The notes under the pieces are model-generated. The model searched no databases and was not told the DNA's origin. It saw only the letters and a list, made by a program, of their open reading frames with translations. From positions 1-41,604 of the IMG/VR virus record IMGVR_UViG_3300033475_000068: 41,604 bases of DNA, one strand, 5' to 3'. Positions 1 to 9,732 of the stretch are shown here, piece after piece. Position numbers and translations under genes: made by a program. The DNA is from a virus (lineage: Duplodnaviria; Caudoviricetes). Within the stretch, counting starts at the first letter, position 1. Each line of letters starts with the position of its first letter.

Positions 1-1
1 C

Positions 2-1237
2 ATTGGCTCCAGCGGCAAATGCCACAAAAGCCGCACCGGCAGCGAAGATGCCAGCAATGAGGGCCTGGATAGGTGCCGGAAATCCAGAGATCAGATTGAG
101 AATCCAGGCGCCGAAGTCCAGGACGCCTCGCATCGCTGGCGTGAGTTTCGCCGTTAGGCTATTTGTCAGGTTTTCCGTCGCGCTCGTGAACTGATCGAAC
201 GAACCCGCAAGGGTGTCGTTCTGGATCGCGTATTGCTCGGCGGCGGCATTGGTCCCTGTTACGGCCTTAGTGTACTTATCGAGAGCATCCTTACCTTGTT
301 TGATGAGGGTCACGATCTCCGGACCGACTTCACGGCCAAAGGCTCCGATGATCTCACCTGTCGAAAGACCTCGCTTGCCAAGGTTGTCCAAAATCTGCCC
401 AAGGGAATTTACAGCCGGATTGACCTGATCGAAGGAAACCCCGAGGGCCTTCAAGGCCTTGGTCACGGGGTCGGTTTCACTTGCCAGGCTTCCAAGAATG
501 TTCCGGAGAGCTGTGCCCGCCTGTTCGCCTTGGAATCCGGCATTGAATAGGAGTTCCAACGCTCCGGTAGTTTCCTCAAGGGAGATGTTCAGTCCGGCCG
601 CTACGGGGCCGACTTGTCGGAAGGCGGAGGCTAGCTTCTGAATCGTTGCTTGGCTGGCACCGATAGCCGCCGCCATGACGTTTGAGACCCGAGCCGCATC
701 GCTTGCGGCGAGTCCGTATTGAGAGATGACACTCGTTAGGGTTTCGGCACTGAAGGCAAGATCTGAGCCCGTGGCACCCGCCAGGAGCAGAGTTCCGTTG
801 AGGGCGTCGATAGATTGCTGTGCGTTGAAGCCCGCGCTTCCCAAGAAATACAGGGCGTCAGCGGCTTGCGACGCTGAGAAACGGGTCTGAGCTCCGGCCT
901 CGTTGGCCGCGATCTTGAGCTTTTCGAACTCGTCGGCACTGGCACCCGTAACAGCCTGGACGTTGGCGAGGCTCTGTTCGGTCTTGGCAAAGGTCTCGAT
1001 CACCGACTTGAACGCGAACACGATCCCGGCCGAGGCCCCAAGGGCTGCGGTTTTCGCGATGTCGAAACCGGCCTTCATTTTATTTCCGGCGTTTGTCCCG
1101 ATGTCGGTCGAAACCTTATCGATTTTTTTCCCGAATTCGGTAAATTGCGCCATCGTAGAGTTGATGTCTGACTGGAGTTTGTCGAGTCTGATTCTTACTT
1201 CGCTGGCGATGCTTCCGGCATTCAAGAAATCTGACAT
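2..1237 (-). CDS. Phage tail tape measure protein, TP901-like (N-terminal part, runs off window start)
   Basis: Absent from the ORF track. Manual translation from ATG 1237 (TAATG overlap with the upstream gene) gives MSDFLNAGSIASEVRIRLDKLQ...EQSLANVQAVTGASADEFEKLKIAANEAGAQTRFSASQAADALYFLGSAGF, the typical Ala-rich TMP core. Confidence 0.92.
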   Translation of the reverse strand, partial: MSDFLNAGSIASEVRIRLDKLQSDINSTMAQFTEFGKKIDKVSTDIGTNAGNKMKAGFDIAKTAALGASAGIVFAFKSVIETFAKTEQSLANVQAVTGASADEFEKLKIAANEAGAQTRFSASQAADALYFLGSAGFNAQQSIDALNGTLLLAGATGSDLAFSAETLTSVISQYGLAASDAARVSNVMAAAIGASQATIQKLASAFRQVGPVAAGLNISLEETTGALELLFNAGFQGEQAGTALRNILGSLASETDPVTKALKALGVSFDQVNPAVNSLGQILDNLGKRGLSTGEIIGAFGREVGPEIVTLIKQGKDALDKYTKAVTGTNAAAEQYAIQNDTLAGSFDQFTSATENLTNSLTAKLTPAMRGVLDFGAWILNLISGFPAPIQALIAGIFAAGAAFVAFAAGAN

Positions 1238-1902
1238 TAGCCGCTCTTTGTCTTTTTCGATTTGTCGTATTCGAGCCAAGCCCGATTATTAAAGTCTTGA
1301 ACCTGAAATTCGGTGAAAAAACTCGTGTCGATGTGATCGCTCGGGTTGTCGTGGCCCCGGATCGCGAGAATCGCAGAGTGGGTGAGCATCTTGTCAGAAA
1401 CGTCCTTGATTCTGGACTTGGTAATGTTCAGTGCAAAATCCATAACCGATGAAATGAAGTCAGCCGGGAGGATAAACTTGTACTGAAGCTCGATCCGGTT
1501 GTAGATCTTCTGAAGATCTTTCTTTTCAATTGGATCGGTGATGAGATGGAACAGTTTCTTGATGTCCTGGAGTTCTTTCTCGATCGCCTTGAAATCAGTT
1601 TCGGGCGCGACGGCGTGAATCACCTGATCGTAGGTCGGCGCCACCATGGCCAACCGGCAAATTCCGTGCTGGCGTTCAGAATAGGCAATGAGTTCGTCGA
1701 TCGAAGGCGTCTTTTTTTTCTGAACCTTGTCGCTAAAAGTTTCGATGAGAGAGATGTCCCCCATCGACATGATCTGAGTTGATTGCAACTCCCGAATTCG
1801 GAATGGTCTGACCACGCCGCAAAATGGGAGAAACAAAATAGGATTGCTCGCGTCGAAGAGCGCCTGCTCTTCAGTCTGGGCAGGCGCTCTTTTTCTAAAC
1901 AT
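1237..1902 (-). CDS. Putative tail assembly chaperone
   Basis: Lies between major tail protein and tape measure genes. ATG 1902 overlaps the tail-tube stop. Positional call. Confidence 0.6.
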   Translation of the reverse strand: MFRKRAPAQTEEQALFDASNPILFLPFCGVVRPFRIRELQSTQIMSMGDISLIETFSDKVQKKKTPSIDELIAYSERQHGICRLAMVAPTYDQVIHAVAPETDFKAIEKELQDIKKLFHLITDPIEKKDLQKIYNRIELQYKFILPADFISSVMDFALNITKSRIKDVSDKMLTHSAILAIRGHDNPSDHIDTSFFTEFQVQDFNNRAWLEYDKSKKTKSG

Positions 1903-2824
1903 TGAGAACATCAAGAGCCTCGTAGGCCTCGACGGTCAGCGGTGTCTCCGTTGTGTCGGTCGTCCTGACGCCGGTCACAGGATCACGATAGGGTGTGACA
2001 CCGATCGTGTAGGTCTTGGGCTGCGCGTTGCGATCGCCAGCGATGCCAGCAACCGAGGTCACCTTGCAAGACTGGCTGCGACGCTTCAGATAGCCCAACA
2101 GATTGGCTTCCTGGTTGTCGTCTTTGGAATACTTGGCCGAGAACCATTCCAGCGTGAACGTCGGCTTGATGCTCGAAGGCAGGGCTTCCTCGAGAACGCC
2201 CGTAACTTCGTCGTATGCGCCTCCGGTAAGAATCGCCTTGAGGAGCTGATCACTTGCGGCATCGGCCAAGGCAATCGTCGCGCCGGTCCGATAGGCGTCC
2301 GTGAGAACAGCGGACTTCAAGCCGTTGGAATCGACGATCTCGATTCGGGCACTGTCGACCTGAACGGGTTCGTAGCCAACCGACTGTTGGGTGTTGATCT
2401 TGACGATCCGGTTTCCGAAACCGTAGCCAAAGCCAGCCAGGCGGGCGAATTCTCCCCAGACCTGCATATACTTTGCCGATCCAAGACTGGTTTTTGCCAG
2501 CTTGAACCGACCCGTTGCGGTATCGCTCGATCCCGTGATGCCCGTCGCTGTGGCCACAGCGCCCCAGGCAGTAACGAGTTCAGCCACCGTAACGGCGCTG
2601 ATGTCGGAAGCCGCGCTGAGGTCGAGATTGGCGTCGATTTCGTCGGCGTTGTCGATCTTGACTTTGACCGGAACCGAACCGTCGCTCTCAGCGGACGAAA
2701 AATCGAAAGGCCCCACACCGGAAAGCAATGACGCCGCCGAGGGGAAACTTCCGTTGGAATTGTTGACGAGGACTCGTGCGAACTTCGGCATAAACTCGAA
2801 TTCCGCTCCATCATCTCTTAACAT
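1895..2824 (-). CDS. Putative major tail (tube) protein
   Basis: 309 aa, Ala/Ser/Thr/Gly-rich with predicted beta-rich pattern, AAGGAG RBS, canonical position after tail completion genes. Confidence 0.65.
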   Translation of the reverse strand: MLRDDGAEFEFMPKFARVLVNNSNGSFPSAASLLSGVGPFDFSSAESDGSVPVKVKIDNADEIDANLDLSAASDISAVTVAELVTAWGAVATATGITGSSDTATGRFKLAKTSLGSAKYMQVWGEFARLAGFGYGFGNRIVKINTQQSVGYEPVQVDSARIEIVDSNGLKSAVLTDAYRTGATIALADAASDQLLKAILTGGAYDEVTGVLEEALPSSIKPTFTLEWFSAKYSKDDNQEANLLGYLKRRSQSCKVTSVAGIAGDRNAQPKTYTIGVTPYRDPVTGVRTTDTTETPLTVEAYEALDVLNV

Positions 2825-2837
2825 GATTTACTCCTTT

Positions 2838-3194
2838 TCAGAAAATGTCAGCGACGTAAAACAGTCTCTCGGAAGAAATCGTTTTATCGTCGTTTTCTAC
2901 AATTGCGCCAGAAATTTCGCCTGAACTCATGATCTGGTTTTTTGCACCGGTCTCCGCGCTCACGAGAACCTGTTCGTTGAGGAGATCGTAGGTCTCCTTT
3001 CGCGTGTACTTTCTCAGGGGAAAAATCTGACCGGCTGAGAAATGCGGGATGATCCGGTAGTTCGTACGGTTCAACCCCGGTGAAGGCTCTTCCTTAACCA
3101 CCACGTAGGGCGGAGATGGAAGGACGGCATATGGATAGGCCACCACGTTTTTGACGCTTCCTGTTTTCAATTTCTTGACAATGGCGTCGATCAT
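2838..3194 (-). CDS. Putative tail terminator protein
   Basis: 118 aa with PSPPYVVV motif typical of tail-terminator families, in syntenic position. Confidence 0.55.
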   Translation of the reverse strand: MIDAIVKKLKTGSVKNVVAYPYAVLPSPPYVVVKEEPSPGLNRTNYRIIPHFSAGQIFPLRKYTRKETYDLLNEQVLVSAETGAKNQIMSSGEISGAIVENDDKTISSERLFYVADIF

Positions 3195-3547
3195 CTGAGC
3201 ATCTCCTTTACGCTTTCCAGAAACAACAGACCGTTGATTTCGACAATCGGGCGCAGTGCCTCATGAAGGCGGTTATTCGCGAGTTCGAGATAGACACCGT
3301 ACGGCGCTCCGTGGGCCATATAGAACCCAACGGCGTTGACCTTCTTGAACGACTGTGCAAAAACCCGGATGTAGGCCTGTCCGGTTCTGTTCTGCCAAAA
3401 AGCGTCACTGGCCTGCCGCTGATGAAAATCATCGAGCGCATCGGCCTTATGTTTTTCAGCGAGGGCGAAGATAGCCGGAACATTCTTTTCATTCCAAATT
3501 CGTTGAATGTTTTTCGCCACAAGCTTGGCGTCATCGGCGGCACTCAC
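3191..3547 (-). CDS. HK97 gp10-like tail completion/neck protein
   Basis: WQNRTG and HGAPYGVYLELAN...ALRP motifs, in syntenic position. Confidence 0.7.
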   Translation of the reverse strand: MSAADDAKLVAKNIQRIWNEKNVPAIFALAEKHKADALDDFHQRQASDAFWQNRTGQAYIRVFAQSFKKVNAVGFYMAHGAPYGVYLELANNRLHEALRPIVEINGLLFLESVKEMLR

Positions 3548-4194
3548 GTTCCGACCTCGATGACGACGGTATCGGTCTTGGATTGGTCAACTGTTGTGAC
3601 GGTGATCGTCGCGGAGCCGAGACCAACTGCTGTCACCAAGCCATCGGCGTCAACCGTGGCGATGTCCTCGTCACTACTCTGCCAAGTCAGGTCTTGATTG
3701 ATCGCGCCCAGGGGAGTCACGACAGCGGTGAGCTGATAGGTGTCGGACACCGAGAGATCGATCGGGCCATCTTCGAGCGTGACACCAGTGACGATTCCGT
3801 CCGAAATCGTTCCCGCGGGGATAAGCGGAGCTTGTAAAGCGATGACGCCCTCAAACTTGCGTAGGGCGTCTATTTTCCCGATTTTGTAACTGCGGTCCTG
3901 GTCGGTGATGATCTCGTCTTCCCTTATGTCGAAATTCCAGGGAAAGAGCATCCACTTCGAGAGCGAAGTGTCTTGACCAGAGGGGACCGGTAGCTCGGTT
4001 TGAACTCCGGAGCGTTCATGACTGATTCTCACACGGAAGAAAAACTCTGTTCCCGTGTCGGAAGGATCATCCATCAAACCTCCGAGACCATCGGGGATCC
4101 TGCGCTTGCGTTTGAGGCTAACAGTTGTGGGGCTCTGCCGGATCTGAGCATTGATTCCGCGGCGGGCTTGGTCGAGCAGGAGACGGTTGTCCAT
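3544..4194 (-). CDS. Head closure-like protein with C-terminal Ig-like (Big_2) domain
   Basis: C-terminus YQLTAVVTP...LTWQSSDEDIATVDADGLVTAVGLGSATITVTT is a canonical Big_2 domain. N-terminal function is positional. Confidence 0.7.
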   Translation of the reverse strand: MDNRLLLDQARRGINAQIRQSPTTVSLKRKRRIPDGLGGLMDDPSDTGTEFFFRVRISHERSGVQTELPVPSGQDTSLSKWMLFPWNFDIREDEIITDQDRSYKIGKIDALRKFEGVIALQAPLIPAGTISDGIVTGVTLEDGPIDLSVSDTYQLTAVVTPLGAINQDLTWQSSDEDIATVDADGLVTAVGLGSATITVTTVDQSKTDTVVIEVGT

Positions 4195-4661
4195 CAGAGG
4201 TTACCCCCTGCGATGCACGGACGTTTTGTCTTGACGTAGCGTCCCGTGTTTTTTGTCGGCTGTTCGGTTTGGGCATCCTTGAGAAGACTTTTGTAAAAAT
4301 TATAGAGGTTCATGAGACTCACGAACTCGGTCGATTCCGCACCGTCGGAATTTCGGACGATCTGGAGTTCGTTGCCGAGTCTCTGCATGATCGCGAGGTA
4401 ACCCTTCTGAATTGCTTGCTCGACTCCGAGCTGATCGATGAACGTCGTGAGCCTAGCGTCAGAAATACGAAGACTGACAAACTGCCAGGCCGAGCCGTCC
4501 CACATCTTGTAAACTTTGTCTGTGACGACAAGGTAAGCTGTTTGAGGAGCGCCAACGGCGGGAAGATCACCGACGGCATCGACCGAAATAAGGTCAATGA
4601 ATCCAGCGGGATCATCGAGCGCGAGCCGAACTTCTTTGATTTGGTCAAACGTGACGGCCAT
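4194..4661 (-). CDS. Putative head-tail adaptor/connector
   Basis: First gene after capsid, EVRLALDD N-terminal motif, GGAG RBS before ATG 4661. Confidence 0.55.
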   Translation of the reverse strand: MAVTFDQIKEVRLALDDPAGFIDLISVDAVGDLPAVGAPQTAYLVVTDKVYKMWDGSAWQFVSLRISDARLTTFIDQLGVEQAIQKGYLAIMQRLGNELQIVRNSDGAESTEFVSLMNLYNFYKSLLKDAQTEQPTKNTGRYVKTKRPCIAGGNL

Positions 4662-4671
4662 TTGGAACTCC

Positions 4672-4696
4672 AAAAAGCCGGGGCCGAAACCCCGGC
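4672..4696 (-). terminator. Rho-independent terminator after major capsid gene
   Basis: 7-bp GC stem GCCGGGG/CCCCGGC followed by TTTTT on the minus strand. Confidence 0.7.
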
Positions 4697-4702
4697 AAAT
4701 CT

Positions 4703-5935
4703 TTACAGTGTGGGCAGAGTGATTTCGACAGCGTAGCCGGTATTCGCAGCCAGACCGGCGGACTTCCCGAAGAATTCGGTGTCGTATTCGGTCTGGACGA
4801 AATACCAGACTCGCTCTTGGCGGCTGAGATCGAGGACCGACCCCATTCCGGTTTCCATTGTGAGTCCGCGCTTCACGAGAGTGAAGTTCGAGACCTTAGG
4901 GACGAAGAGATACGCCTTACCGCTGGCAACGCCAGGATAGTTGAACGTTTCTTTGCCCATGTAAATGGTGTCACCCTGATAGGGAATGATCGATGCGATC
5001 TGAGTCAGGGCTGCGAAGTTTCCGACAACGCCACCGTTGGACAAGCCATTGATGACGCGCTGAAAAGCCCATTCGGTGCCCTTCGGAATCGCGAGAATCA
5101 CGCTCGGGGTCGAGATCACCTTATTGGTCTGGGGATCTTTGAGCGAATAGAGCAACTTGAGAGCGGAGACCAGTGTGTTGTAAAGCAATTGCTCTTCCGT
5201 GGCCCCGCTGGTCGTGTCTGCGGCCTGTTGGTTGTTTGCGTGCCAGCCGCTTGCGGCTGTTTTGGCAACCATTCGGCCCAAGACGTTAAGATCGTTTCTC
5301 TTGGCGGTGTAGCCGCGAGCAACGGCGTCTGTGACGCGCTGCAAGCTGTAGATCGAAGAAAAAATCTCTTCCTGGAGGCTGGACTTGTCCCCGACGGCTC
5401 GGAGAACCATGTTCACGACGTCGGTAGCTCCGCTCTTGTGCTCGAGCAACTTCACAGCGTCGTTGTTTCCAAAGATGTCAGTGAAGGCCGCACCATAGGG
5501 CAGGAATTCGTCGAGACGAACCGACTTGTTGAAAGACGGATCGCTGCGAACAATACCGACAATATCGGTATAGTCTGCCTCTTGGAGAGTTCGGCGGGTG
5601 ATGTCGATCCGGATGAGATCGATCAACGTATTGAGATCATCGGGGAGCATCGCCGCATTGATGACGCGCTTTTGACCGTCGAGATTCTTGCGGATTCGCT
5701 TCTGAACCTCTTCGATCGCGTTCCAGATTTTGGCATGGCCTTCGCTTCCATCCCAAATGGGTGAACCCATGGTAATGGACCGACCACGACTTGCAACTTT
5801 TTCCGGGTTTCCTTGGGGGAAATTGCCGGAGTTGAAGGTATTGAAGGAATCGCCTTCAAAAACTTCCGTCCGGATGGTTGCTTTTTCTGCGACCCTTTTT
5901 TCGAGAAGGGCCTGTTTGTCAAGAATCTTCATCAT
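4703..5935 (-). CDS. Major capsid protein (putative)
   Basis: 410 aa, strong RBS, downstream of protease/scaffold and decoration genes, followed by a terminator. Confidence 0.7.
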   Translation of the reverse strand: MMKILDKQALLEKRVAEKATIRTEVFEGDSFNTFNSGNFPQGNPEKVASRGRSITMGSPIWDGSEGHAKIWNAIEEVQKRIRKNLDGQKRVINAAMLPDDLNTLIDLIRIDITRRTLQEADYTDIVGIVRSDPSFNKSVRLDEFLPYGAAFTDIFGNNDAVKLLEHKSGATDVVNMVLRAVGDKSSLQEEIFSSIYSLQRVTDAVARGYTAKRNDLNVLGRMVAKTAASGWHANNQQAADTTSGATEEQLLYNTLVSALKLLYSLKDPQTNKVISTPSVILAIPKGTEWAFQRVINGLSNGGVVGNFAALTQIASIIPYQGDTIYMGKETFNYPGVASGKAYLFVPKVSNFTLVKRGLTMETGMGSVLDLSRQERVWYFVQTEYDTEFFGKSAGLAANTGYAVEITLPTL

Positions 5936-5951
5936 TTATTCACCCTTCCTT

Positions 5952-6410
5952 TTAGGTCGATTCGTCGACGGGTCCGATGATTCGCAGACCTTCGAAACTG
6001 AACGTCGGAACAGCGGGGCTCGCGGTCCCAGGCTGGCGGACGTAGCCCACGAGATAGCGACCGCTGTCGGTTGCTTCGTAGAACTTGCCGTCGGAGGGAT
6101 CGTAGTAAACCGCCTGGAACTTCGTGTAGAAGGTCTGAGCGCTTCCGATCCGTGCGGCGCCGACGTTGTAAACCTGGCCGACGTGAATCGTACCGGTCCC
6201 TGACGAAGCCGCGATGTCTTCGTCAGCCAGTCCGAAATACGGATACTGCGCGACGAAATCCCCTTGGTTGATTGCGGAACCGGCGTTCACGATGTCGATG
6301 TGATCATCGCCCGTGACGTGTTCCTTACTGACGAAACCCTGGCGGATGGCCGTCGTGTCTTCACTGGCCGGAAGGGCCATGGAGACGAACAAGCTTGCGA
6401 GTAAGTTCAT
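5952..6410 (-). CDS. Putative capsid decoration/cement protein (DUF2190-like)
   Basis: 152 aa between protease and capsid, with GSAINQGD..FGLADEDIA..G..VYYD pattern. Confidence 0.55.
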   Translation of the reverse strand: MNLLASLFVSMALPASEDTTAIRQGFVSKEHVTGDDHIDIVNAGSAINQGDFVAQYPYFGLADEDIAASSGTGTIHVGQVYNVGAARIGSAQTFYTKFQAVYYDPSDGKFYEATDSGRYLVGYVRQPGTASPAVPTFSFEGLRIIGPVDEST

Positions 6411-6419
6411 ACTGCCCTC

Positions 6420-7853
6420 CTAGAGCACGAGCGTGGTTTCTTTCGAAATATCCACGTTCACAGTTTGACTCGTTTTGTTTTCGACACGACCCAGAATGTT
6501 CTGGTTCGAGTTCACGTCCATGTTTTCGCCTGCAAGGCGCAAGGCGATCGGGTCTTTCTTGAATTCCACGATCTTGGCGGGGAGTTCCGAAGGCTTAGCC
6601 GACATGAGAACGCGATCCGCGTAAGTGCGGAGGGGATTCATGTCCTGACCGTTTTCGGTCTTTGCGACACCGAATTCGGAATCCAAGGCGTTTTTCACCT
6701 GGACGGTTTCGACGGATGCGAGTTCGGTGCGGAGTCTCTTGATTTCGGAAACGGGGTCGGTGATTTTCTCAGCGGCCAGCGCGTCCACAACCTGGAGAGC
6801 CTTCACGTGATTTTCCGTCACAATCTGGGCTTTTTGGCCCATTACTTCGGCAAGCTCAACGAGCGGAATCCCGCTGTTGACCTTCAAGAAGTTCAAAACT
6901 TCTGTCTTGTCCACGTTTGCTCCTTTGGCATCGATCGCTTTGATCTGATCGGATGCCCAGTTTGAAAGATCCTCGAGGCCTTGTTGAGCTGCACGGGACG
7001 CGATAGAGCGCAGCGCGGAGCGATAGACCTTTCCGTCTTTCCCATAGGGATACTTGAATCGTCCCTTTGTATTTTCAGTTTGTGCCCGATCTTCGACGAG
7101 GTGCCAAAGACGAAACGTCTGCCAGTCGTCGCCCTTGGGTCCGAGCATGGTATTCTCATCGTCGGCCGTGAAGGTCCACTTCGAAGTGGAATCAACTTTT
7201 CCGGCTTTGATCAGCTTCTCGGCGTTGGCCTTCGATTCGCTGATGGTCTGGAGGTCGGGGCCAGCGTTGGAAACTCTTCGGTTGGAAAAATGGTTTGAAA
7301 ACTGCGCTCTGGCCAGCATCAAGGCGGTTTCTCGCGATTGTTTGTTCGAGACCTGCGTCGTTTCGAGGCTGTCGGCGAGCCCGATGTCGACAATATCCTG
7401 CCCAAAAAACCAGGTTTCGGCATCCATCAAGGCCTTGATCTCGGCGATCGTCTTGCCGGTTTTGGCTGCGTACTCCTGAGCGATCAGGTTCGACATCGAT
7501 TCCAGCCTCGAGGCCATCTCTCGCATCTGGTGCTGATCGCCGACGGCACCAGCCTGTGCGTTGTGAATCATTACCATCGAAGTGTCGCGGGCCACTATCT
7601 TATCGAAGGCCAACATAATCGTCGTTCCTGCGGAGGCGACAATACCGCTGAGGTAAACAGTTTTGGAACCGACGTAGTTCCGAATGATGTTAGCGATTTC
7701 GATGCCTTGGAAAAAGTCGCCTCCCATGGTCGAGAGTTCGACCTCGAGAGGACCGCTGACCATCGAAAGATCGTTCAGAATCTTTTCCGGCGTAATCCCG
7801 CGTCCGTCGGCTGAAAGCCAGCCCACGTCGCCCGACCATCTTAGGCGTGTCAT
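6420..7853 (-). CDS. ClpP-type (S14) prohead protease fused to extra and scaffold-like domains
   Basis: STMGGD, ASAGT (catalytic Ser), MIHNA (His), AETWF..GLAD motifs, plus a ~280 aa C-terminal extension. Confidence 0.85.
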   Translation of the reverse strand: MTRLRWSGDVGWLSADGRGITPEKILNDLSMVSGPLEVELSTMGGDFFQGIEIANIIRNYVGSKTVYLSGIVASAGTTIMLAFDKIVARDTSMVMIHNAQAGAVGDQHQMREMASRLESMSNLIAQEYAAKTGKTIAEIKALMDAETWFFGQDIVDIGLADSLETTQVSNKQSRETALMLARAQFSNHFSNRRVSNAGPDLQTISESKANAEKLIKAGKVDSTSKWTFTADDENTMLGPKGDDWQTFRLWHLVEDRAQTENTKGRFKYPYGKDGKVYRSALRSIASRAAQQGLEDLSNWASDQIKAIDAKGANVDKTEVLNFLKVNSGIPLVELAEVMGQKAQIVTENHVKALQVVDALAAEKITDPVSEIKRLRTELASVETVQVKNALDSEFGVAKTENGQDMNPLRTYADRVLMSAKPSELPAKIVEFKKDPIALRLAGENMDVNSNQNILGRVENKTSQTVNVDISKETTLVL

Positions 7854-7862
7854 GATGGCCTC

Positions 7863-7890
7863 ATCATATCGCGATAGAATTTTTTGTAAA
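7863..7890 (-). promoter_or_regulatory. Candidate sigma70-like promoter for protease-capsid genes
   Basis: TTTACA-N16-TATGAT in the intergenic gap, 9 nt before ATG 7853. Confidence 0.45.
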
Positions 7891-7910
7891 GCGGGGGGAG
7901 CAGATAGCGA

Positions 7911-8888
7911 CTACGCCGCTTGAGCGGGGTCGTAGACGTCGCGCTTCCAGGCATCGAGACGCGAATTCGGCTCACCGTTGATCCAGTTTCGAAGCTCGGT
8001 CTTGAAGTCTTGAATGTCGCGCATCTGGGGTCTGATCTGGCAAACACAGTGCGGATGTGGAAAACTCGGAAGCGTCTGAAGCGTATAAGGACTTCCGGCC
8101 GCATAGCGCGGGCACGCGCAATCATGCTGTTGGGTATTGAGGCGAATCCAGTCGTAGAGTCCGTTCGAGGCGGGGTTGATTCTCCCGTTCTCCTTTGCGG
8201 CTTCCTGCAAGCTGATCGTTAGCTCTGATCGGGCGAGACGTAGGGCGCGGGCGTCGACGAGATCGGGAATTCGTCGTGCAAATTCTTTGCTCCCACGCTC
8301 CAGGTTTCCCCAACGCTTCACGAGTTGCTTTTTTCCGTCCTTGACGTAGGCCGTCAGGTCCCCGGCGATGTCGACGAGATCGCGATTCTCGGCAAAACCG
8401 ACATTGAGAATGTCTTTGATGTTTTCCTGGTAGGCTTCACCGATCTTCCAAACTCTGGCGGAAAACGTGTAACCATCCGACCAAACGCGGGAAGCTGTCA
8501 GAGAGACGATCTTGCGATCGACGCCAGTGAAAAGATTGTCGAGGCCCTGGGCGGTGATCTTCGCGTTGTCGGGGCCCAAGGCATCGAGTAAGAGTTCCAT
8601 GTCGATGTCTTGGTAATCTGAATAGCCCTGGGCGATCGATTCCGGGATATGTTGCTGTAAGGCGTTGGCCACATCTTGGGCCGCTGAGCGGAGCTGGCGC
8701 TCGAGTTCGACCTGGCTCTCAAACGTGAGCTTCGATTCGTGGAGAATCGCACCGTCCCGAAGAAACCGCGCTATGTTTTCCGCCGCCGTTTCGTAGGCTT
8801 GCTTGATTTTCTTCATTGCCTGGGCCGTGAGTTTCGGCCAGTTGCGACGCGCTGCGGAATAAGCCGCGGCGTATTCGGAAGACGTCAC
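7911..8888 (-). CDS. Head morphogenesis/minor capsid protein (MuF/SPP1 gp7-like)
   Basis: RALRLARSE and CxC...PHPHCVC C-terminal motifs, in head module. Confidence 0.8.
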   Translation of the reverse strand: MTSSEYAAAYSAARRNWPKLTAQAMKKIKQAYETAAENIARFLRDGAILHESKLTFESQVELERQLRSAAQDVANALQQHIPESIAQGYSDYQDIDMELLLDALGPDNAKITAQGLDNLFTGVDRKIVSLTASRVWSDGYTFSARVWKIGEAYQENIKDILNVGFAENRDLVDIAGDLTAYVKDGKKQLVKRWGNLERGSKEFARRIPDLVDARALRLARSELTISLQEAAKENGRINPASNGLYDWIRLNTQQHDCACPRYAAGSPYTLQTLPSFPHPHCVCQIRPQMRDIQDFKTELRNWINGEPNSRLDAWKRDVYDPAQAA

Positions 8889-9175
8889 ACGGACCGCCAG
8901 ACGCCACGTTCTAGAAAACCGTGGTAGAGCTGTGGCTCGTCGACTCGTCGAGTCACTAGGATCGAGGGCGAAACCGTGATGGTTCCGTCTTCATGCTCAA
9001 CGACAGAATGTTTTCCGAGGCCGCAGAAAACAGGGTGAAAGAACGGTGACTTCTCATCCTGACTGCGTTCTGTTGGACAGCACGCAAACCACGCTCCCTC
9101 ATAGAGGCCGTATTCGCCTGATTTGAGGTCAGAAATACTCTGAACGTCATAAACTCGTTTTCCCTGAACTGTCAT
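8885..9175 (-). CDS. Small DUF6527-like Cys/His protein
   Basis: CCP...HEDGTITVSPSILV...YHGFLERGVW. ATGA overlap with the upstream methyltransferase. Confidence 0.55.
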   Translation of the reverse strand: MTVQGKRVYDVQSISDLKSGEYGLYEGAWFACCPTERSQDEKSPFFHPVFCGLGKHSVVEHEDGTITVSPSILVTRRVDEPQLYHGFLERGVWRSV

Positions 9176-9732
9176 ATTTTCCTCACAAACCACGTTCGGT
9201 CATCGTCGATTTCGAGTTCCAGAGCTTCAGTCGGCAGGAAAAAATCTCTGACCGCCTGTTTGACCATACCTTGATCGGGATGGTCGTAGTCATGCCCACC
9301 GATCCAGCCGCCCCGTTTCACCTTCGGCCACCAGGCCTGAAGATCGGCCATGACGCCGGCGTAGGAATGGTCCCCGTCAATGAAAACGAAGTCGAGTTCC
9401 TCGGTTATCATCGAGGCGGCGATCTTAGACTCGGTTTGCAGGACGATACGCCGATAGCTGGCAAATGCCGTTAGCTGGAGCGCTTCGGCTCTGGCCTGGT
9501 CGAAATCTTTTTGTGACTTCTGGGAAATTTCGGAGCCGCTCGAGGCGTAGCTGTCATCGGGGTTCGGCGGACTCCAGCGGTCAACCATGTAGAGAATGAG
9601 TTCGGACCGACACTTCAGAAGTTTCTCCGAAAGACGTCCCTTCCAAATTCCGATCTCAGCCCCAACGATCTTCTTGCCTTTATCGAGACGCCACTCGATG
9701 GCATCCCAACGCTTGCGTGTTTTGGTCAGCAT
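9172..9732 (-). CDS. Class I SAM-dependent methyltransferase (Methyltransf_24-like)
   Basis: GAEIGIWKG, MVDRW, LDFVFIDGDHSY, KVKRGGWIGGHDY. Start ATG 9732 by TGATG overlap. Confidence 0.9.
   Translation of the reverse strand: MLTKTRKRWDAIEWRLDKGKKIVGAEIGIWKGRLSEKLLKCRSELILYMVDRWSPPNPDDSYASSGSEISQKSQKDFDQARAEALQLTAFASYRRIVLQTESKIAASMITEELDFVFIDGDHSYAGVMADLQAWWPKVKRGGWIGGHDYDHPDQGMVKQAVRDFFLPTEALELEIDDDRTWFVRKI

Noticed and set aside
1706-1725. Programmed -1 frameshift (A AAA AAG) in tail chaperone
   Set aside because: A slippery run is present, but one continuous ORF already spans tube to tape measure, with no separate downstream frame needing it.
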